DNA of 64,000 nucleotides from Marispirochaeta sp. (GCA_963676835.2 CAXXFF010000002.1:1632001-1696000); one strand, 5' to 3'. Counted from the stretch's first letter, positions 1 to 11,681 are shown. Numbers and translations are program-made. The notes: generated by a model from the letters alone, not told the origin.

Positions 1-3000
1 GAGTTGCGCCCCATGGTACAGCTTGACGGAGGCCGTTTTGCAACTTCCGACCTTAACGATCTTTATCGCAGGGTAATCAACCGTAACAACCGTCTGAAAA
101 GACTTATGACCCTGAATGCTCCTGATATTATTATCCGTAACGAAAAGCGGATGCTTCAGGAAGCCGTGGATGCACTATTTGACAACTCCAAGAAAAAGCG
201 GGTTGTGAAGGGTGCTTCAAACAGACCTCTTAAGTCTCTTTCGGATATGCTTAAAGGTAAGCAGGGGCGCTTCCGTCAGAACCTCCTTGGTAAGCGTGTT
301 GACTACTCTGGACGTTCTGTAATTGTTGTAGGTCCTGAACTGCGTATGCATCAGTGCGGACTGCCCACCAAGATGGCCCTTGAGCTCTATAAGCCCTTCA
401 TTATGAAGAAGCTTGTTGAAAAGGATGTTGTATACAACATTAAAAAGGCTAAAACCCTGGTAGAGCAGGAGACTCCCGAGGTGTGGGCTGTTCTCGATGA
501 GGTAGTCCGGGAACATCCGGTGCTGCTTAACCGTGCACCTACTCTGCACCGGCTTGGTATTCAGGCCTTCGAGCCTGTCCTTGTTGAAGGTAAGGCTATC
601 AAGCTGCATCCTCTTGTGTGTCATGCCTATAATGCCGACTTTGACGGTGACCAGATGGCGGTTCACGTGCCTCTTACCCAGGCGGCTCAGATTGAGTGCT
701 GGACCATGATGCTTTCAGTAAACAACCTGCTGAACCCTGCAAATGGTACTCCTATTGTTTTCCCTTCTCAGGATATGGTTCTCGGAATCAACTACCTGAC
801 CAAAGAAAAGGAAGGCGTGACCGGTACGGGTAAGTATTTCGGATCTTCCGACGAAGTTTTTATGGCCGTCGATGCCGGTGCGGTTAACTACCATGCCGCC
901 ATCAAGGTGAAGATGAACGGCGAGTGGGTTGAGACCACCGCTGGGCGGGTTATTCTGAATGAAGAGCTGCCCGATGAGGTCGGCTATGTTAACTATCCTC
1001 TTGGTGATAAGCAACTTCGAAGCCTTGTTGCTAAAACTTATAAGGATCACGGGCCTGCAACGGCGGTGAAGATGCTTGATACCATCAAGGATGTGGGATT
1101 CAAGTATGCAACTGTTTTTGGTGCGACAATCGGTGTAGATGATATTGTTATTCCCGATGAAAAGAAGGGGATGATTGATGCTGCCAATAATCAGGTGTCC
1201 GAGATTCAGAATCAGTACCTTCAGGGTCATATTACCCAGGAAGAGCGTTATAACCGTGTTGTTGAGGTCTGGTCGAAAACCAATGAGGATCTTACCAATA
1301 CCCTGATGAAGTCTCTGGAGAAAGACCGGGATGGGTTTAACCCCGTCTATATGATGGCCAATTCCGGAGCCCGTGGTAGCCGTACCCAGATACGTCAGCT
1401 CTCCGGTATGCGCGGTCTTATGGCGAAATCTACCGGTGATATTATCGAACTTCCTATCCGGTCGAACTTTAAAGAAGGTCTTTCAATTATCGAGTTCTTT
1501 ATCTCCACCAATGGTGCCCGTAAGGGGCTTGCGGATACGGCACTTAAAACTGCCGGTGCAGGTTATCTTACCCGTCGTCTGGTTGATATTGCCCAGGATG
1601 TGGTTGTTAACGAGCTGGACTGCGGCACTATTAACGGTATTGAAACCAAGGCAATTAAAGACGGTGAGGAGATTGTAGAGTCTCTGGTTGACCGTATTGC
1701 CGGGCGCTTCACCCTTGAGCGGGTTAAGCACCCTATTACCGGTGAGATTATTATCGATGTAAATGAAGAGATAACCGACGAAATTGCCCAGGCCATTGAA
1801 GAGGCTGGGGTTGAGTCGGTACGTATCCGTACGGTACTTACCTGTGAAGCTCGTCATGGCGTATGTCAGAAGTGCTACGGCCGGAACCTGGCAACAAACA
1901 GAACTGTCGAGATTGGAGAGGCTGTCGGAATTATTGCTGCCCAGTCCATTGGTCAGCCGGGAACCCAGCTTACCATGCGTACCTTCCATATCGGTGGTGC
2001 GGCAACAAGTGTGGCAGAAGAGAACAGGACATACCTTAGGTACCCGGTTCTTATCAGAGAAATTCTCGGTAATACCGTAACCCTTGAAACCGGCGACAGG
2101 TTGTTCACTCGAAAGGGCTTTGTGACGGTTTCCAAAATTATTCGAAGGGTGGAAATTGCCAAAGGTGACAGTCTGCAGATTGAGGACGGTCAGAAGGTAA
2201 TTGCAGGAGAAGTGCTTCTCAAGCGGGGAAAAGAGGAAATCCTTTCCGAAGAGATCGCTTATGTGGTGGTCAGAGAAAATGAGATTCTTCTGGTTGCGCA
2301 GGAGCAGCGGATTGATATTCGTAACGGAGCTGAGCTGCTTGTTGAAGTAGGCGATGTTGTTGCTGCAGAAGATTCTATTGCGGTGTTCGACCCCTTTTCT
2401 GAACCTATCATTGCGGAAGTAAGCGGAAAAGTACGTTTTGAAGATATTGTCCTCGGTACAACTTTGAAAGAAGAGGTCAATGAGGATACCGGAAAGATCG
2501 AGAAGAAGATAACCGAGTTTACCCTTGAGTCTTTGCAGCCCCGGATTATTATTGAGGATGCGGAAGGGGAAGAGCTTGCATCTTATTTCCTTCCCGGTTC
2601 TGCCTATCTTAACGTTGAGAACGGTGATACGATTACTGAAGGCCGCACGATGGTTAAGCTGCTTAAGGAAAGTGTTAAAACCCGGGATATTACCGGTGGT
2701 CTTCCCCGGGTTGATGAGCTTTTTGAGGCGCGTCACCCCAAGAGTGCTACAGTTCTTTCCAAGGTTGGCGGAACGGTAAACTTTAAGGGAATTGTAAAGG
2801 GCAAGCGCGTTCTCGAAATTGAAGATGATTTCGGTGGAAAGCACAAACACCTTGTTCCCATGGGTAAGCACCTTCTGGTTCGTGACCGTGACCTTGTAAT
2901 GGCTGGAGAAGGACTCTGTGACGGAGCTGTCGATCCTCACGATGTCCTGGATATCGAGGGGGAAAATGCTCTGCAGTCATTCCTTGTTAACGAAGTCCAG

Positions 3001-3516
3001 GAAGTTTATCGACTTCAGGGTGTAAACATAAATGACAAGCACATTGGAGTTATTGTCCGGCAGATGATGCGTAAGGTTGAGATTATCCAGGTGGGTGATA
3101 CCAACTTTATCTTCGGGCAGCAGGTTGATAAGTATCGTTTCCATGAAGAAAACGAAAAGGTAATCCGTGAGGGTGGTCAGCCGGCCGTAGCCCGTCCGCT
3201 GCTCCTGGGAATTACCCGGGCATCCCTGAATATTGATTCATGGGTATCCGCGGCTTCCTTCCAGGAAACCACCAAGGTTCTGACCAATGCGGCAATTTCC
3301 GGAGACACCGACTCTCTGCGGGGTCTGAAGGAGAACGTTGCAATCGGACACCTTATTCCTGCGGGAACCGGTATGCGGAAGTATAAGAATATGAAGCTCT
3401 TTGATGATACCAGTGACGATCTGGATGCATCTGTACAGAGCATTCTGGAACAGCGTAAGCTTGAGAAAGAAGCGCAGTTGGAGAAAGAGACCCTCGAGGA
3501 AGAGGTTGAAGCCTGA
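1..3516 (+). CDS. rpoC: RNA polymerase beta' subunit, 5'-truncated by window edge
   Basis: NADFDGD active-site motif ([10 protein letters not shown]), [29 protein letters not shown]. Confidence 0.99.
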   Translation, partial: ELRPMVQLDGGRFATSDLNDLYRRVINRNNRLKRLMTLNAPDIIIRNEKRMLQEAVDALFDNSKKKRVVKGASNRPLKSLSDMLKGKQGRFRQNLLGKRVDYSGRSVIVVGPELRMHQCGLPTKMALELYKPFIMKKLVEKDVVYNIKKAKTLVEQETPEVWAVLDEVVREHPVLLNRAPTLHRLGIQAFEPVLVEGKAIKLHPLVCHAYNADFDGDQMAVHVPLTQAAQIECWTMMLSVNNLLNPANGTPIVFPSQDMVLGINYLTKEKEGVTGTGKYFGSSDEVFMAVDAGAVNYHAAIKVKMNGEWVETTAGRVILNEELPDEVGYVNYPLGDKQLRSLVAKTYKDHGPATAVKMLDTIKDVGFKYATVFGATIGVDDIVIPDEKKGMIDAANNQVSEIQNQYLQGHITQEERYNRVVEVWSKTNEDLTNTLMKSLEKDRDGFNPVYMMANSGARGSRTQIRQLSGMRGLMAKSTGDIIELPIRSNFKEGLSIIEFFISTNGARKGLADTALKTAGAGYLTRRLVDIAQDVVVNELDCGTINGIETKAIKDGEEIVESLVDRIAGRFTLERVKHPITGEIIIDVNEEITDEIAQAIEEAGVESVRIRTVLTCEARHGVCQKCYGRNLATNRTVEIGEAVGIIAAQSIGQPGTQLTMRTFHIGGAATSVAEENRTYLRYPVLIREILGNTVTLETGDRLFTRKGFVTVSKIIRRVEIAKGDSLQIEDGQKVIAGEVLLKRGKEEILSEEIAYVVVRENEILLVAQEQRIDIRNGAELLVEVGDVVAAEDSIAVFDPFSEPIIAEVSGKVRFEDIVLGTTLKEEVNEDTGKIEKKITEFTLESLQPRIIIEDAEGEELASYFLPGSAYLNVENGDTITEGRTMVKLLKESVKTRDITGGLPRVDELFEARHPKSATVLSKVGGTVNFKGIVKGKRVLEIEDDFGGKHKHLVPMGKHLLVRDRDLVMAGEGLCDGAVDPHDVLDIEGENALQSFLVNEVQEVYRLQGVNINDKHIGVIVRQMMRKVEIIQVGDTNFIFGQQVDKYRFHEENEKVIREGGQPAVARPLLLGITRASLNIDSWVSAASFQETTKVLTNAAISGDTDSLRGLKENVAIGHLIPAGTGMRKYKNMKLFDDTSDDLDASVQSILEQRKLEKEAQLEKETLEEEVEA

Positions 3517-3596
3517 TATTTCTCCGTCATGCTGAATCTGCGGTTCACATCTTTAGATCATATATAGACGCCCTCGCGGTATGCCTGGGCGTCGGC

Positions 3597-3625
3597 TTGA
3601 CTTTTGTCAAGGTGACTGCTATAGT
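3597..3625 (+). promoter_or_regulatory. sigma70 promoter for rpsL
   Basis: TTGACT-17 nt-TATAGT, 37 nt upstream of the rpsL ATG. Confidence 0.75.
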
Positions 3626-3662
3626 CACGGCTCAAAGATCAATTATTGGGAGTTGGATATAA

Positions 3663-4037
3663 ATGCCGACTATTAATCAGCTCATTCGTAAAGGGCGAAA
3701 AGCTACTACGAAGAAGACCAAATCTCCGGCTCTGGAGTCCTGCCCTCAGAAGCGTGGTGTTTGCACCCGTGTTATGACGGTCACTCCGAAGAAGCCTAAC
3801 TCTGCCCTTCGTAAGGTAGCTCGTGTTAGATTGACTAACGGATTTGAAGCAACTGCGTATATTCCCGGAATCGGACATAACCTTCAGGAGCACTCTGTTG
3901 TACTGCTCCGCGGCGGTCGTGTTAAAGACCTTCCCGGTGTTCGCTATCATATTATCCGCGGTGCCAAGGATACCCTTGGTGTAGATGACCGCCGACAGGG
4001 ACGCTCCAAGTATGGAGCCAAGAAGCCCAAGGCTTAA
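3663..4037 (+). CDS. rpsL: 30S ribosomal protein S12
   Basis: [28 protein letters not shown]. Confidence 0.99.
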   Translation: MPTINQLIRKGRKATTKKTKSPALESCPQKRGVCTRVMTVTPKKPNSALRKVARVRLTNGFEATAYIPGIGHNLQEHSVVLLRGGRVKDLPGVRYHIIRGAKDTLGVDDRRQGRSKYGAKKPKA

Positions 4038-4048
4038 GGAGGACCGAA

Positions 4049-4519
4049 ATGAGTAGACGTAAAGTAAGTCCCGTACGCCCTGTACTTCCCGATCCCCGTT
4101 TCGGAAGCAAGGTTCTGGCAAAGTTTGTAGCCCGCATGATGGTTGACGGCAAAAAGTCTGTTGCCCGCGGTATTGTTTACGATGCCCTCGATGTGGTTCA
4201 GAAGAAGATTAATGAAGAGCCTCTTGAGGTTTTTCTGAAGGCTATTGAAAATGTAAAGCCCGCTGTTGAGGTTAAATCCCGCCGTGTAGGTGGTTCAACC
4301 TATCAGGTTCCTGTGGAGGTTCGTGAGACCCGTCGGGAAGCTCTGGCTATGCGCTGGATTATCCAGGCATCCCGGGACCGTAGCGGTAAGTCCATGAGTG
4401 AGCGCCTCAGCGCCGAACTTATGGATGCTTACAATAATGCAGGTGTAGCATTCAAAAAGAAAGAGGATACCCACCGGATGGCGGATGCCAATAAGGCTTT
4501 CAGTCACTACCGCTGGTAA
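4049..4519 (+). CDS. rpsG: 30S ribosomal protein S7
   Basis: [25 protein letters not shown]. Confidence 0.99.
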   Translation: MSRRKVSPVRPVLPDPRFGSKVLAKFVARMMVDGKKSVARGIVYDALDVVQKKINEEPLEVFLKAIENVKPAVEVKSRRVGGSTYQVPVEVRETRREALAMRWIIQASRDRSGKSMSERLSAELMDAYNNAGVAFKKKEDTHRMADANKAFSHYRW

Positions 4520-4526
4520 ACAACTC

Positions 4527-4575
4527 TTGACGAAAAACCGTGGAGAGTATATTCTACTCTCCACGTTAAGTTTTT
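4527..4575 (+). promoter_or_regulatory. Overlapping sigma70 promoter and terminator-like hairpin after rpsG
   Basis: TTGACG(4527)-17 nt-TATTCT(4550); perfect 11-bp inverted repeat CGTGGAGAGTA/TACTCTCCACG (4539-4565) followed by TTAAGTTTTT. Confidence 0.6.
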
Positions 4576-4576
4576 A

Positions 4577-4793
4577 GTTTGGTTTAATGCGTGAGATCGT
4601 GTTGCGCACCGGGCAGTACTGCCGGGGTGTGTAACCAATGACACTGCAGCCAAACCGGTCGTTCTCAAGGAGAGTGATCAGGTGGTGCGGGTTAGATCTT
4701 GGAACAGCTGCGAACGCGCGGCCCCTCGATTAATTCCTGTCTCTATCTTTCGGCACTTCTGCCGATGTAAGATCTACCCCTTTATATACGACC
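4577..4793 (+). ncRNA. Candidate structured RNA (tuf leader or sRNA), family unknown
   Basis: Several nested stems found by eye, some with G-U pairs favouring the + strand; no ORF longer than about 31 aa on the + strand. Confidence 0.45.
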
Positions 4794-4870
4794 TTGAAAC
4801 TTTTTATGGCTTGTGATTATATAATGCTTTTAAAATTTTTGCGCCCGAATAAGCGCAAGGAGGAATAGGA

Positions 4871-6061
4871 ATGGCCAAAGAAAAATTTGAGAGGACGAAG
4901 CCGCACGTAAACGTTGGTACTATTGGCCACGTTGACCACGGCAAGACCACTCTCACTGCTGCTATCACTATGTACAGCGCTGCTAAGTACGGTGGTAAGC
5001 TTCTGAAGTATGATGAGATCGATAACGCTCCGGAAGAAAAAGCCAGAGGAATCACGATCAACACCCGTCACGTTGAGTATGAAACAGACAATCGTCACTA
5101 TGCTCACGTTGACTGCCCCGGTCACGCCGACTATATCAAGAATATGATTACCGGTGCGGCTCAGATGGACGGTGCTGTTATCGTAGTTGCTGCTACTGAC
5201 GGCGCTATGTCTCAGACCAAAGAGCACATCCTGCTCGCACGCCAGGTTGGTGTACCTTCACTTATTGTTTTTATTAACAAGTGTGACCAGGTTGACGATC
5301 CCGACCTTATTGAACTTGTAGAAGAAGAGATGAAAGATCTTCTCAACGAGTATGGTTTCCCCGGAGATGATACTCCCATTATCAAGGGTTCTGCTTTTGA
5401 GGCAATGGACAACCCTGATGATGCAGAGAAGACCAAGTGTATTGATGAGCTTCTTGCTGCAATGGACAGCTTTTTTCCTGAGCCCGAACGTGCTATCGAC
5501 GGTGCATTCCTTATGCCTATCGAAGACGTGTTCTCAATTCAGGGACGTGGTACCGTTGTTACCGGACGTATTGAGCGCGGTATCGTTAAGGTTTCCGATG
5601 AATGTGAAATCGTTGGTATCAAAGATACTCAGAAAACCGTTTGTACCGGTGTTGAGATGTTTAACAAGCTTCTTGATCAGGGTCAGGCAGGTGACAATAT
5701 CGGTGCACTTCTTCGTGGAACTGACAAAAAAGACGTTGAGCGTGGTCAGGTACTGGCAAAGCCCGGTACTATCACACCTCACAAGAAGTTCAGAGGTCAG
5801 GTATACGTACTGAACAAGGAAGAGGGCGGTCGTCACTCACCCTTCTTTTCCGGTTACCGCCCCCAGTTCTACTTCAGAACTACCGACATTACCGGAAGCA
5901 TTACTCTTCCTGCTGACAAGCAGATGGTTATGCCCGGTGACAACACCGAGATCGATGTAGAGCTTATCCACGCTATCGCGATGGAGAAAGGTCTTAAGTT
6001 CGCTATCCGTGAGGGTGGACGTACTGTAGCATCCGGTCAGGTAATCGAAATTACCGAGTAA
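4871..6061 (+). CDS. tuf: Elongation factor Tu
   Basis: [32 protein letters not shown]. Confidence 0.99.
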   Translation: MAKEKFERTKPHVNVGTIGHVDHGKTTLTAAITMYSAAKYGGKLLKYDEIDNAPEEKARGITINTRHVEYETDNRHYAHVDCPGHADYIKNMITGAAQMDGAVIVVAATDGAMSQTKEHILLARQVGVPSLIVFINKCDQVDDPDLIELVEEEMKDLLNEYGFPGDDTPIIKGSAFEAMDNPDDAEKTKCIDELLAAMDSFFPEPERAIDGAFLMPIEDVFSIQGRGTVVTGRIERGIVKVSDECEIVGIKDTQKTVCTGVEMFNKLLDQGQAGDNIGALLRGTDKKDVERGQVLAKPGTITPHKKFRGQVYVLNKEEGGRHSPFFSGYRPQFYFRTTDITGSITLPADKQMVMPGDNTEIDVELIHAIAMEKGLKFAIREGGRTVASGQVIEITE

Positions 6062-6074
6062 TTTGTTTCTATCG

Positions 6075-6108
6075 GGTCCCGCCCGTTTTAGTGGCGGGGC
6101 CTTTTTTT
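6075..6108 (+). terminator. Intrinsic terminator between tuf and rpsJ
   Basis: GGTCCCGCC/GGCGGGGCC stem followed by T7. Confidence 0.75.
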
Positions 6109-6118
6109 AGGAGGAAGG

Positions 6119-6427
6119 ATGGCGAAGAATAGGATTCGCGTACGGTTGCGCGGCTTTGATGTCGAACTGGTCGATCAGAGCGCTAAATCAATCGTACAAA
6201 CCGTCGGTAAGGCAGGGGCCAGAGTAGCTGGACCTATCCCTCTCCCGACTAAAATCAACAAGTTTACCGTGCTGCGTTCTCCCCACGTTAACAAGAAGTC
6301 CAGGGAGCAGTTTGAGATGCGCACGCACAAGCGGTTGATAGATATTCTGGATCCGACGTCCAAAGTTATGGACGCACTTATGAAATTAGAGTTGCCCGCC
6401 GGAGTTGATGTAGAAATCAAGCAGTAG
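6119..6427 (+). CDS. rpsJ: 30S ribosomal protein S10
   Basis: [27 protein letters not shown]. Confidence 0.99.
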   Translation: MAKNRIRVRLRGFDVELVDQSAKSIVQTVGKAGARVAGPIPLPTKINKFTVLRSPHVNKKSREQFEMRTHKRLIDILDPTSKVMDALMKLELPAGVDVEIKQ

Positions 6428-6499
6428 GCTGGTGTGACAATAATACGTCTGCCTGACGAAAGATGCACGCAGACCACTTTTATTGATCGAGGTTAAGCA

Positions 6500-7123
6500 A
6501 TGTTGGGTTTGTTGGGAAAAAAACTTGGAATGACCCAGGTTTTCGATGACCGGGGAGTTTTGACTCCGGTTACGGTTATAGAGATTGTAGAAAATACCAT
6601 CCTTGATGAAAGGACTGAAGAAAGGGACGGCTACAGCGCAGCTATTATCGGCGCTTTTGATCAGAAAGAGTCCCGTATGAGTAAGCCTGTTCTGGGGCAG
6701 TTTAAAAAGAGCGGATCCGGCGCCAAGCGGATTATTCAGGAAGTCCGCGATGCGGATTTTGAAGGCGAGGCCGGAACTTCACTCGGGATCGCACAGTTTG
6801 AAGATGTCCGTTTTGTTGATGTAGTTGGCGATTCCAAGGGTAAAGGTTACCAGGGTGTAATGAAGCGTCACGGTTTTAAAGGTGGACGTGCTACGCACGG
6901 TTCCAAGTTTCACCGTGCACCTGGTAGTACCGGTATGGCGGCGTATCCTTCTAAGGTACTGAAGGGTAAAAAGATGCCCGGTAGAATGGGTAATGACCGC
7001 GTAACTGTACAGAACCTGCTGGTTGTCAAGGTCGATGCTGAAAAGAACGCCCTGCTTGTTAAAGGTGCGGTTCCTGGTCCGAAGAACGGCGTAGTATTCG
7101 TTCGGAAAGCCAAGAAGAAGTAG
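6500..7123 (+). CDS. rplC: 50S ribosomal protein L3
   Basis: GKKLGMTQ, SKGKGYQGVMKRH, KMPGRMG. Confidence 0.99.
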   Translation: MLGLLGKKLGMTQVFDDRGVLTPVTVIEIVENTILDERTEERDGYSAAIIGAFDQKESRMSKPVLGQFKKSGSGAKRIIQEVRDADFEGEAGTSLGIAQFEDVRFVDVVGDSKGKGYQGVMKRHGFKGGRATHGSKFHRAPGSTGMAAYPSKVLKGKKMPGRMGNDRVTVQNLLVVKVDAEKNALLVKGAVPGPKNGVVFVRKAKKK

Positions 7124-7155
7124 TCTTAAGCAGGATATTGGAATAGAGGCGATCA

Positions 7156-7794
7156 ATGGAAAAGAAGGTTTTGTCTACGGACGGAAAAGAGATACGGAGC
7201 ATTGAACTGGCTGATCAGGTCTTTGGACGTGAGGTCAGTGAAGGTGCTATTTATTATGCGATCCGCAATGAACTTGCGAATCTCAGAGTGGGGACAGCCT
7301 CCACAAAGACACGGGCTGAAGTTCGTGGTGCTGGTGGAAAGCCCTGGAGTCAGAAGGGAACCGGACGTGCGCGTTCGGGTCACAGGCGCTCTCCTCTCTG
7401 GGTTGGCGGTGGAATTGTTTTCGGGCCAAAGCCCAGAGATTTCAGTTACACCATGCCCCGGAAGATGAAGCGGGCGGCTATGATGTCTATCCTGAGCATG
7501 AAAGCAGCTAATGACTCTCTCATGGTTGTTGAAGACTTTTCAGTGGAAAGCGGGAAGACAAAGGATTTTGCAGCTATCCTGAAGAATTTCAGCCAGGGTG
7601 AAAGAACTGTAGTAGTTCTTAAGGATGATGATGCAATGGTACGTCGGGCGGGGAAGAATATCCCCTGGCTTAGGATTCTCTCCTATAACCGGCTCCGGGC
7701 GCATGATCTGTTTTATGCACGGAAACTGGTAGTTCTGGAAACTGCTGCAAAGAATCTTAATGAGTTTTACGCACCCAAGGCTGCGAAGGCCTGA
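7156..7794 (+). CDS. rplD: 50S ribosomal protein L4
   Basis: KPWSQKGTGRAR, GGGIVFGPKPR. Confidence 0.99.
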   Translation: MEKKVLSTDGKEIRSIELADQVFGREVSEGAIYYAIRNELANLRVGTASTKTRAEVRGAGGKPWSQKGTGRARSGHRRSPLWVGGGIVFGPKPRDFSYTMPRKMKRAAMMSILSMKAANDSLMVVEDFSVESGKTKDFAAILKNFSQGERTVVVLKDDDAMVRRAGKNIPWLRILSYNRLRAHDLFYARKLVVLETAAKNLNEFYAPKAAKA

Positions 7795-7805
7795 GGGGGG
7801 AAGTA

Positions 7806-8108
7806 ATGGATTTACAGCAGATTATTATTGAACCGGTTTTAACTGAAAAAACCAATATCATGCGGGAAGCTGAGCAGAAGAAGTACGTCTTCAAGGTTCA
7901 TCCCTGGGCAAACAAGAATATGGTCATGCGTGCCATGAAAGAACTGTTTGATGTAAAGCCTGTTAAGTGCAACATCATCAATGTTAAGTCCAAGCCCCGG
8001 GCTACCCGCACCAAGCATGGTGTTCGCAGAGGAACTACAACTCCCTGGAAGAAGGCGATTGTAACCCTTGCGGCTGGTCAGAAAATCGACGCGATTGACG
8101 GCGTTTAA
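7806..8108 (+). CDS. rplW: 50S ribosomal protein L23
   Basis: [14 protein letters not shown]; operon position. Confidence 0.97.
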   Translation: MDLQQIIIEPVLTEKTNIMREAEQKKYVFKVHPWANKNMVMRAMKELFDVKPVKCNIINVKSKPRATRTKHGVRRGTTTPWKKAIVTLAAGQKIDAIDGV

Positions 8109-8125
8109 GGCAGGGAGAGTCAGGA

Positions 8126-8950
8126 ATGGGAATCAAGAAATATAAGCCGAGGACGCCGGCTCTGCGGTTTAAGACCTCGCTTACTTTTGAAGAGATTACC
8201 ACCAACAAGGCAGAAAAGAGCCTGACTTCTGGAAAGTTTCAGAAAGCAGGCCGTGGAGCCGGTGGACGTATCAGTGTGCGTCGCCGTGGTGGTGGTCACA
8301 AGAAGAAATACAGAACTATCGATTTTAAACGCGAAAAGTTCGGTGTACCTGGAAAAGTAGCAACTATTGAATACGATCCGAACCGGAGTGCCAATATTGC
8401 ACTTATCAACTATGCAGACGGTGAAAAGAGATACATTCTCGCTCCCCGTGGGCTGAAGGTTGGTATGACTGTTGTAAGTGGCGAAAATGCTCCCAAGGAA
8501 GTTGGTAACGCTCTTCCGCTGGAGGCAATAAACCTCGGTATGACGGTTCATAATATCGAGATGCAGCAGGGTAAAGGCGGTCAGCTTGTACGTTCTGCGG
8601 GTCTCGGAGCTACTATCGTTGCAAAAGAAGACGACTACGTTACTCTTAAGCTTCCTTCCGGGGAAATGCGCATGATCTTCAAGAAGTGCATGGCAACTCT
8701 TGGAGTCGTTGGAAATGAGGATCACATGAACGTATCTATCGGTAAAGCCGGACGTTCACGTTGGCTCGGTAAAAGGCCTAAGGTCCGCGGTGTAGTTATG
8801 AACCCTGTCGATCACCCCCATGGTGGTGGTGAGGGTCGTACTTCCGGCGGTCGCCATCCTGTTACTCCCTGGGGTAAACCCACCAAGGGATATAAGACCA
8901 GGAAGAAGAGCAAATCCTCTAGCAAGTTCATCGTTAAGAAGCGGAAATAG
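8126..8950 (+). CDS. rplB: 50S ribosomal protein L2
   Basis: [22 protein letters not shown]. Confidence 0.99.
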   Translation: MGIKKYKPRTPALRFKTSLTFEEITTNKAEKSLTSGKFQKAGRGAGGRISVRRRGGGHKKKYRTIDFKREKFGVPGKVATIEYDPNRSANIALINYADGEKRYILAPRGLKVGMTVVSGENAPKEVGNALPLEAINLGMTVHNIEMQQGKGGQLVRSAGLGATIVAKEDDYVTLKLPSGEMRMIFKKCMATLGVVGNEDHMNVSIGKAGRSRWLGKRPKVRGVVMNPVDHPHGGGEGRTSGGRHPVTPWGKPTKGYKTRKKSKSSSKFIVKKRK

Positions 8951-8959
8951 GAGAGAGTA

Positions 8960-9241
8960 GTGGCGCGTTCTATAAAGAAAGGACCATTTATCGAGAAAAA
9001 GCTGTATAAGCGGATTCTTGAAATGAGCAAATCCGGTGAAAAGCGGATGATTAAGACCTACTCCAGGTGTTCAACAATTATCCCGGAGATGGTTGGTTTG
9101 ACTCTCTCTGTTTATAATGGAAAGAGTTGGGTGCCGGTATATGTTACCGAAAACCTCGTTGGTCACAAGCTTGGAGAATTTTCTCCAACCAGGATTTTTC
9201 GTGGTCACGCCGGGTCTGATAAAAAGGCCGGTAAGAGGTAG
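8960..9241 (+). CDS. rpsS: 30S ribosomal protein S19 (GTG start)
   Basis: [20 protein letters not shown]. Confidence 0.99.
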   Translation: MARSIKKGPFIEKKLYKRILEMSKSGEKRMIKTYSRCSTIIPEMVGLTLSVYNGKSWVPVYVTENLVGHKLGEFSPTRIFRGHAGSDKKAGKR

Positions 9242-9253
9242 GTGAGGCAGAGT

Positions 9254-9616
9254 ATGGAAGCAAAGAAAGGATATAAAGCCAATATCCGTCACGTGCTTAT
9301 TGCACCGACAAAGCTAAGACGTGTAGCTAATGTTGTACGTAACAAGCCCTATGTTGAAGCTGTAGCTATCCTCGAGGCACTGCCTCAGAAGGGAGCAAAA
9401 CTGCTCAACAAGGCAATACATTCAGCAGCAGCCAACGCTTTGGTACAGAACAAGCAGCTCGATGAAGAGATGCTCTACATAAAAGAGCTTCAGATTAACG
9501 AAGGTCCGAGACTTCGCCGTCTCTGGGCAAGGGCTCGCGGTAAAAGGGATATCCTCCTTAAGCGCATGAGTCATATTTCGGTTGTCGTAGACGAGCTTGC
9601 GGGAATGGGGGAATAA
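9254..9616 (+). CDS. rplV: 50S ribosomal protein L22 (start ATG 9254 or GTG 9242)
   Basis: [21 protein letters not shown]. Confidence 0.96.
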   Translation: MEAKKGYKANIRHVLIAPTKLRRVANVVRNKPYVEAVAILEALPQKGAKLLNKAIHSAAANALVQNKQLDEEMLYIKELQINEGPRLRRLWARARGKRDILLKRMSHISVVVDELAGMGE

Positions 9617-9617
9617 G

Positions 9618-10322
9618 ATGGGTCAGAAAGTTAATCCCATTGGATTGCGTTTAGGAATCAACAAGACTTGGTCATCAAAATGGTATGTTGACCCCCGGGA
9701 ATATGCAGACACTCTGCACGAAGACCTGGCCCTGAGAAAAGCCCTTGCAGATTCGCCTGAAGCTCAGGGTGCTGAAATTGCTGAAGTAGAAATCATTCGT
9801 CATCCCCAGAGGATCACAATTGTAATTCATACTTCACGCCCTGGTGTGATTATTGGAGCAAAAGGCGCAAATATCGAAAAGGTTGGCGCAAATCTCCAGA
9901 AAATTGCAAATAAGAAAATACAGCTGAAAATCAAGGAAGTGAAACGTCCTGAGGTAAATGCTCAGATCGTAGCACTTAATATTGCCCGTCAGCTTAAAGC
10001 CCGGGGTTCTTTCCGGAGAGCTTTGAAAATGGCGGTCAATAATGCAATGAAAGCTGGAGTTCAGGGTATCAAAGTCCGCGTCTCAGGCCGTCTTGGCGGT
10101 GCTGAAATGTCCCGTACTGAACAGTACAAGGACGGAAGAGTGCCACTTCATACACTTCGTGCAAATATCGATTACGGTACAGCGGAAGCTGATACAACAT
10201 TCGGTATTATCGGAGTCAAGGTCTGGGTATTTACCGGTGAGGTATACCGGAGAGACCGGAAAGAAGACGCCGGACTTCTGGTTCGGAAAAAGAAGACTCC
10301 CGCTGCGGCAGAGAGGGGTTGA
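9618..10322 (+). CDS. rpsC: 30S ribosomal protein S3
   Basis: [24 protein letters not shown]; start moved to ATG 9618. Confidence 0.98.
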   Translation: MGQKVNPIGLRLGINKTWSSKWYVDPREYADTLHEDLALRKALADSPEAQGAEIAEVEIIRHPQRITIVIHTSRPGVIIGAKGANIEKVGANLQKIANKKIQLKIKEVKRPEVNAQIVALNIARQLKARGSFRRALKMAVNNAMKAGVQGIKVRVSGRLGGAEMSRTEQYKDGRVPLHTLRANIDYGTAEADTTFGIIGVKVWVFTGEVYRRDRKEDAGLLVRKKKTPAAAERG

Positions 10323-10325
10323 TAG

Positions 10326-10748
10326 ATGCTTAGTCCTAAGAGAACGAAATACAGGAAACAGCACCGTCAGGTTCGTCGCCTAAAGAAGGTGGCAACCCGG
10401 GGTAACAAGATTTCCTTTGGTGATTTTGCACTGGTTGCGCTGGAAGGTGAGTGGATAACCAACCGTCAGATCGAAGCAGCCCGTATCGCGATGACCCGTC
10501 ACGTTAAGCGTGGTGGTAAAGTCTGGATTCGGATCTTCCCTGATTTTCCCTACACAAAAAAGCCGGCGGAAACCCGAATGGGTAAAGGTAAGGGTAACCC
10601 CGAAGCATGGGTTGCTGTAGTAAAAGAGGGAACAGTAATGTTTGAAATGGCCGGAGTTCCTCTGGAACTCGCCCGAGAGGCGATGAAGCTGGCCGATTCA
10701 AAGCTTCCCATCAAGACAAAGTTCGCTGTACGGCGGGATCTGGAGTAG
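10326..10748 (+). CDS. rplP: 50S ribosomal protein L16
   Basis: [18 protein letters not shown]. Confidence 0.99.
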   Translation: MLSPKRTKYRKQHRQVRRLKKVATRGNKISFGDFALVALEGEWITNRQIEAARIAMTRHVKRGGKVWIRIFPDFPYTKKPAETRMGKGKGNPEAWVAVVKEGTVMFEMAGVPLELAREAMKLADSKLPIKTKFAVRRDLE

Positions 10749-10752
10749 CGGT

Positions 10753-10968
10753 ATGAAGAATACATTCTCTGATTTAAGTTACGATGAGCTGCTTCTTAAA
10801 AGGGAAGAGCTTAAGGCGAAACTGAGGGAACACCGCTTCAGCAAGGTTCTTGGCCATGTTGAGAATCCGCTTGAAAAGCGTAACCTTCGGCGTAGTATTG
10901 GACGGCTGAATACGATGATCCATGAGTATGCTCTGGGTATCAGGAAGCCGGAAGAAGGCAGGAAATAG
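10753..10968 (+). CDS. rpmC: 50S ribosomal protein L29
   Basis: Size, operon position, ENP...RRSIGRLNT. Confidence 0.93.
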   Translation: MKNTFSDLSYDELLLKREELKAKLREHRFSKVLGHVENPLEKRNLRRSIGRLNTMIHEYALGIRKPEEGRK

Positions 10969-10970
10969 GT

Positions 10971-11261
10971 ATGGATGCTGTAGAAAAAACTACTCCTGAA
11001 CAGGGAGAACAGAAGGCCAACAAAAAGGTTTATACCGGAGTTGTCGTGAGTGACAAGATGGAGAAGTCCATTGTAATAAAGGTATCTACCAGGCAGCTGC
11101 ACCCTCTGTACAAGAAGTACGTGGCTCGTTCTAAGAAATTTATGGCCCACGACGAAAATAACGAAGCGCATATCGGCGATACTGTACGGATTATCGAGTC
11201 CCGTCCGATGAGCAAAAACAAAGCCTGGATGCTTGAAGAAATTGTGGAGCGCGCTAAATAG
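10971..11261 (+). CDS. rpsQ: 30S ribosomal protein S17
   Basis: [25 protein letters not shown]. Confidence 0.98.
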   Translation: MDAVEKTTPEQGEQKANKKVYTGVVVSDKMEKSIVIKVSTRQLHPLYKKYVARSKKFMAHDENNEAHIGDTVRIIESRPMSKNKAWMLEEIVERAK

Positions 11262-11292
11262 TAGAGCGCAGGCCAAGGGGAGATAGATAATC

Positions 11293-11661
11293 ATGGTACA
11301 GATGCAGACATATCTTAATGTTGCAGATAACTCCGGCGCTAAGCGGGTCCAGTGTATTAAAGTACTGGGCGGAAGTAAGCGCAAATATGCCGGAGTGGGT
11401 GACATTATTGTAGTCGCAGTTAAGGATGCCCTTCCTAATGCGGCGATAAAGAGCGGAGATGTGCAGAAGGCTGTTATTGTTCGGACAAAGAAAGAGTACC
11501 GTCGTGTAGACGGAACATACATTCGGTTCGATGACAATGCCTGCGTAATCATTGACGCCAACCAGAACCCCCGGGGAAAACGTATCTTCGGACCGGTTGC
11601 ACGTGAACTTCGTGATACCGGTTTTATGAAAATCGTTTCCCTTGCCCCCGAGGTTCTCTAA
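11293..11661 (+). CDS. rplN: 50S ribosomal protein L14
   Basis: [22 protein letters not shown]. Confidence 0.99.
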   Translation: MVQMQTYLNVADNSGAKRVQCIKVLGGSKRKYAGVGDIIVVAVKDALPNAAIKSGDVQKAVIVRTKKEYRRVDGTYIRFDDNACVIIDANQNPRGKRIFGPVARELRDTGFMKIVSLAPEVL

Positions 11662-11681
11662 GGGACTGGTGAGGTAAGAGT

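Noticed and set aside
1483..2940. 485-aa antisense ORF in rpoC, and similar long antisense ORFs in rny, dnaK and the coiled-coil gene
   Set aside because: They lie fully opposite conserved genes, show no recognisable motifs, and are expected from codon bias.
4587..4733. Short ORFs (15 and 31 aa) in the rpsG-tuf spacer as leader peptides or a fusA remnant
   Set aside because: No SD and no EF-G-like motifs; RNA structure explains the region better.
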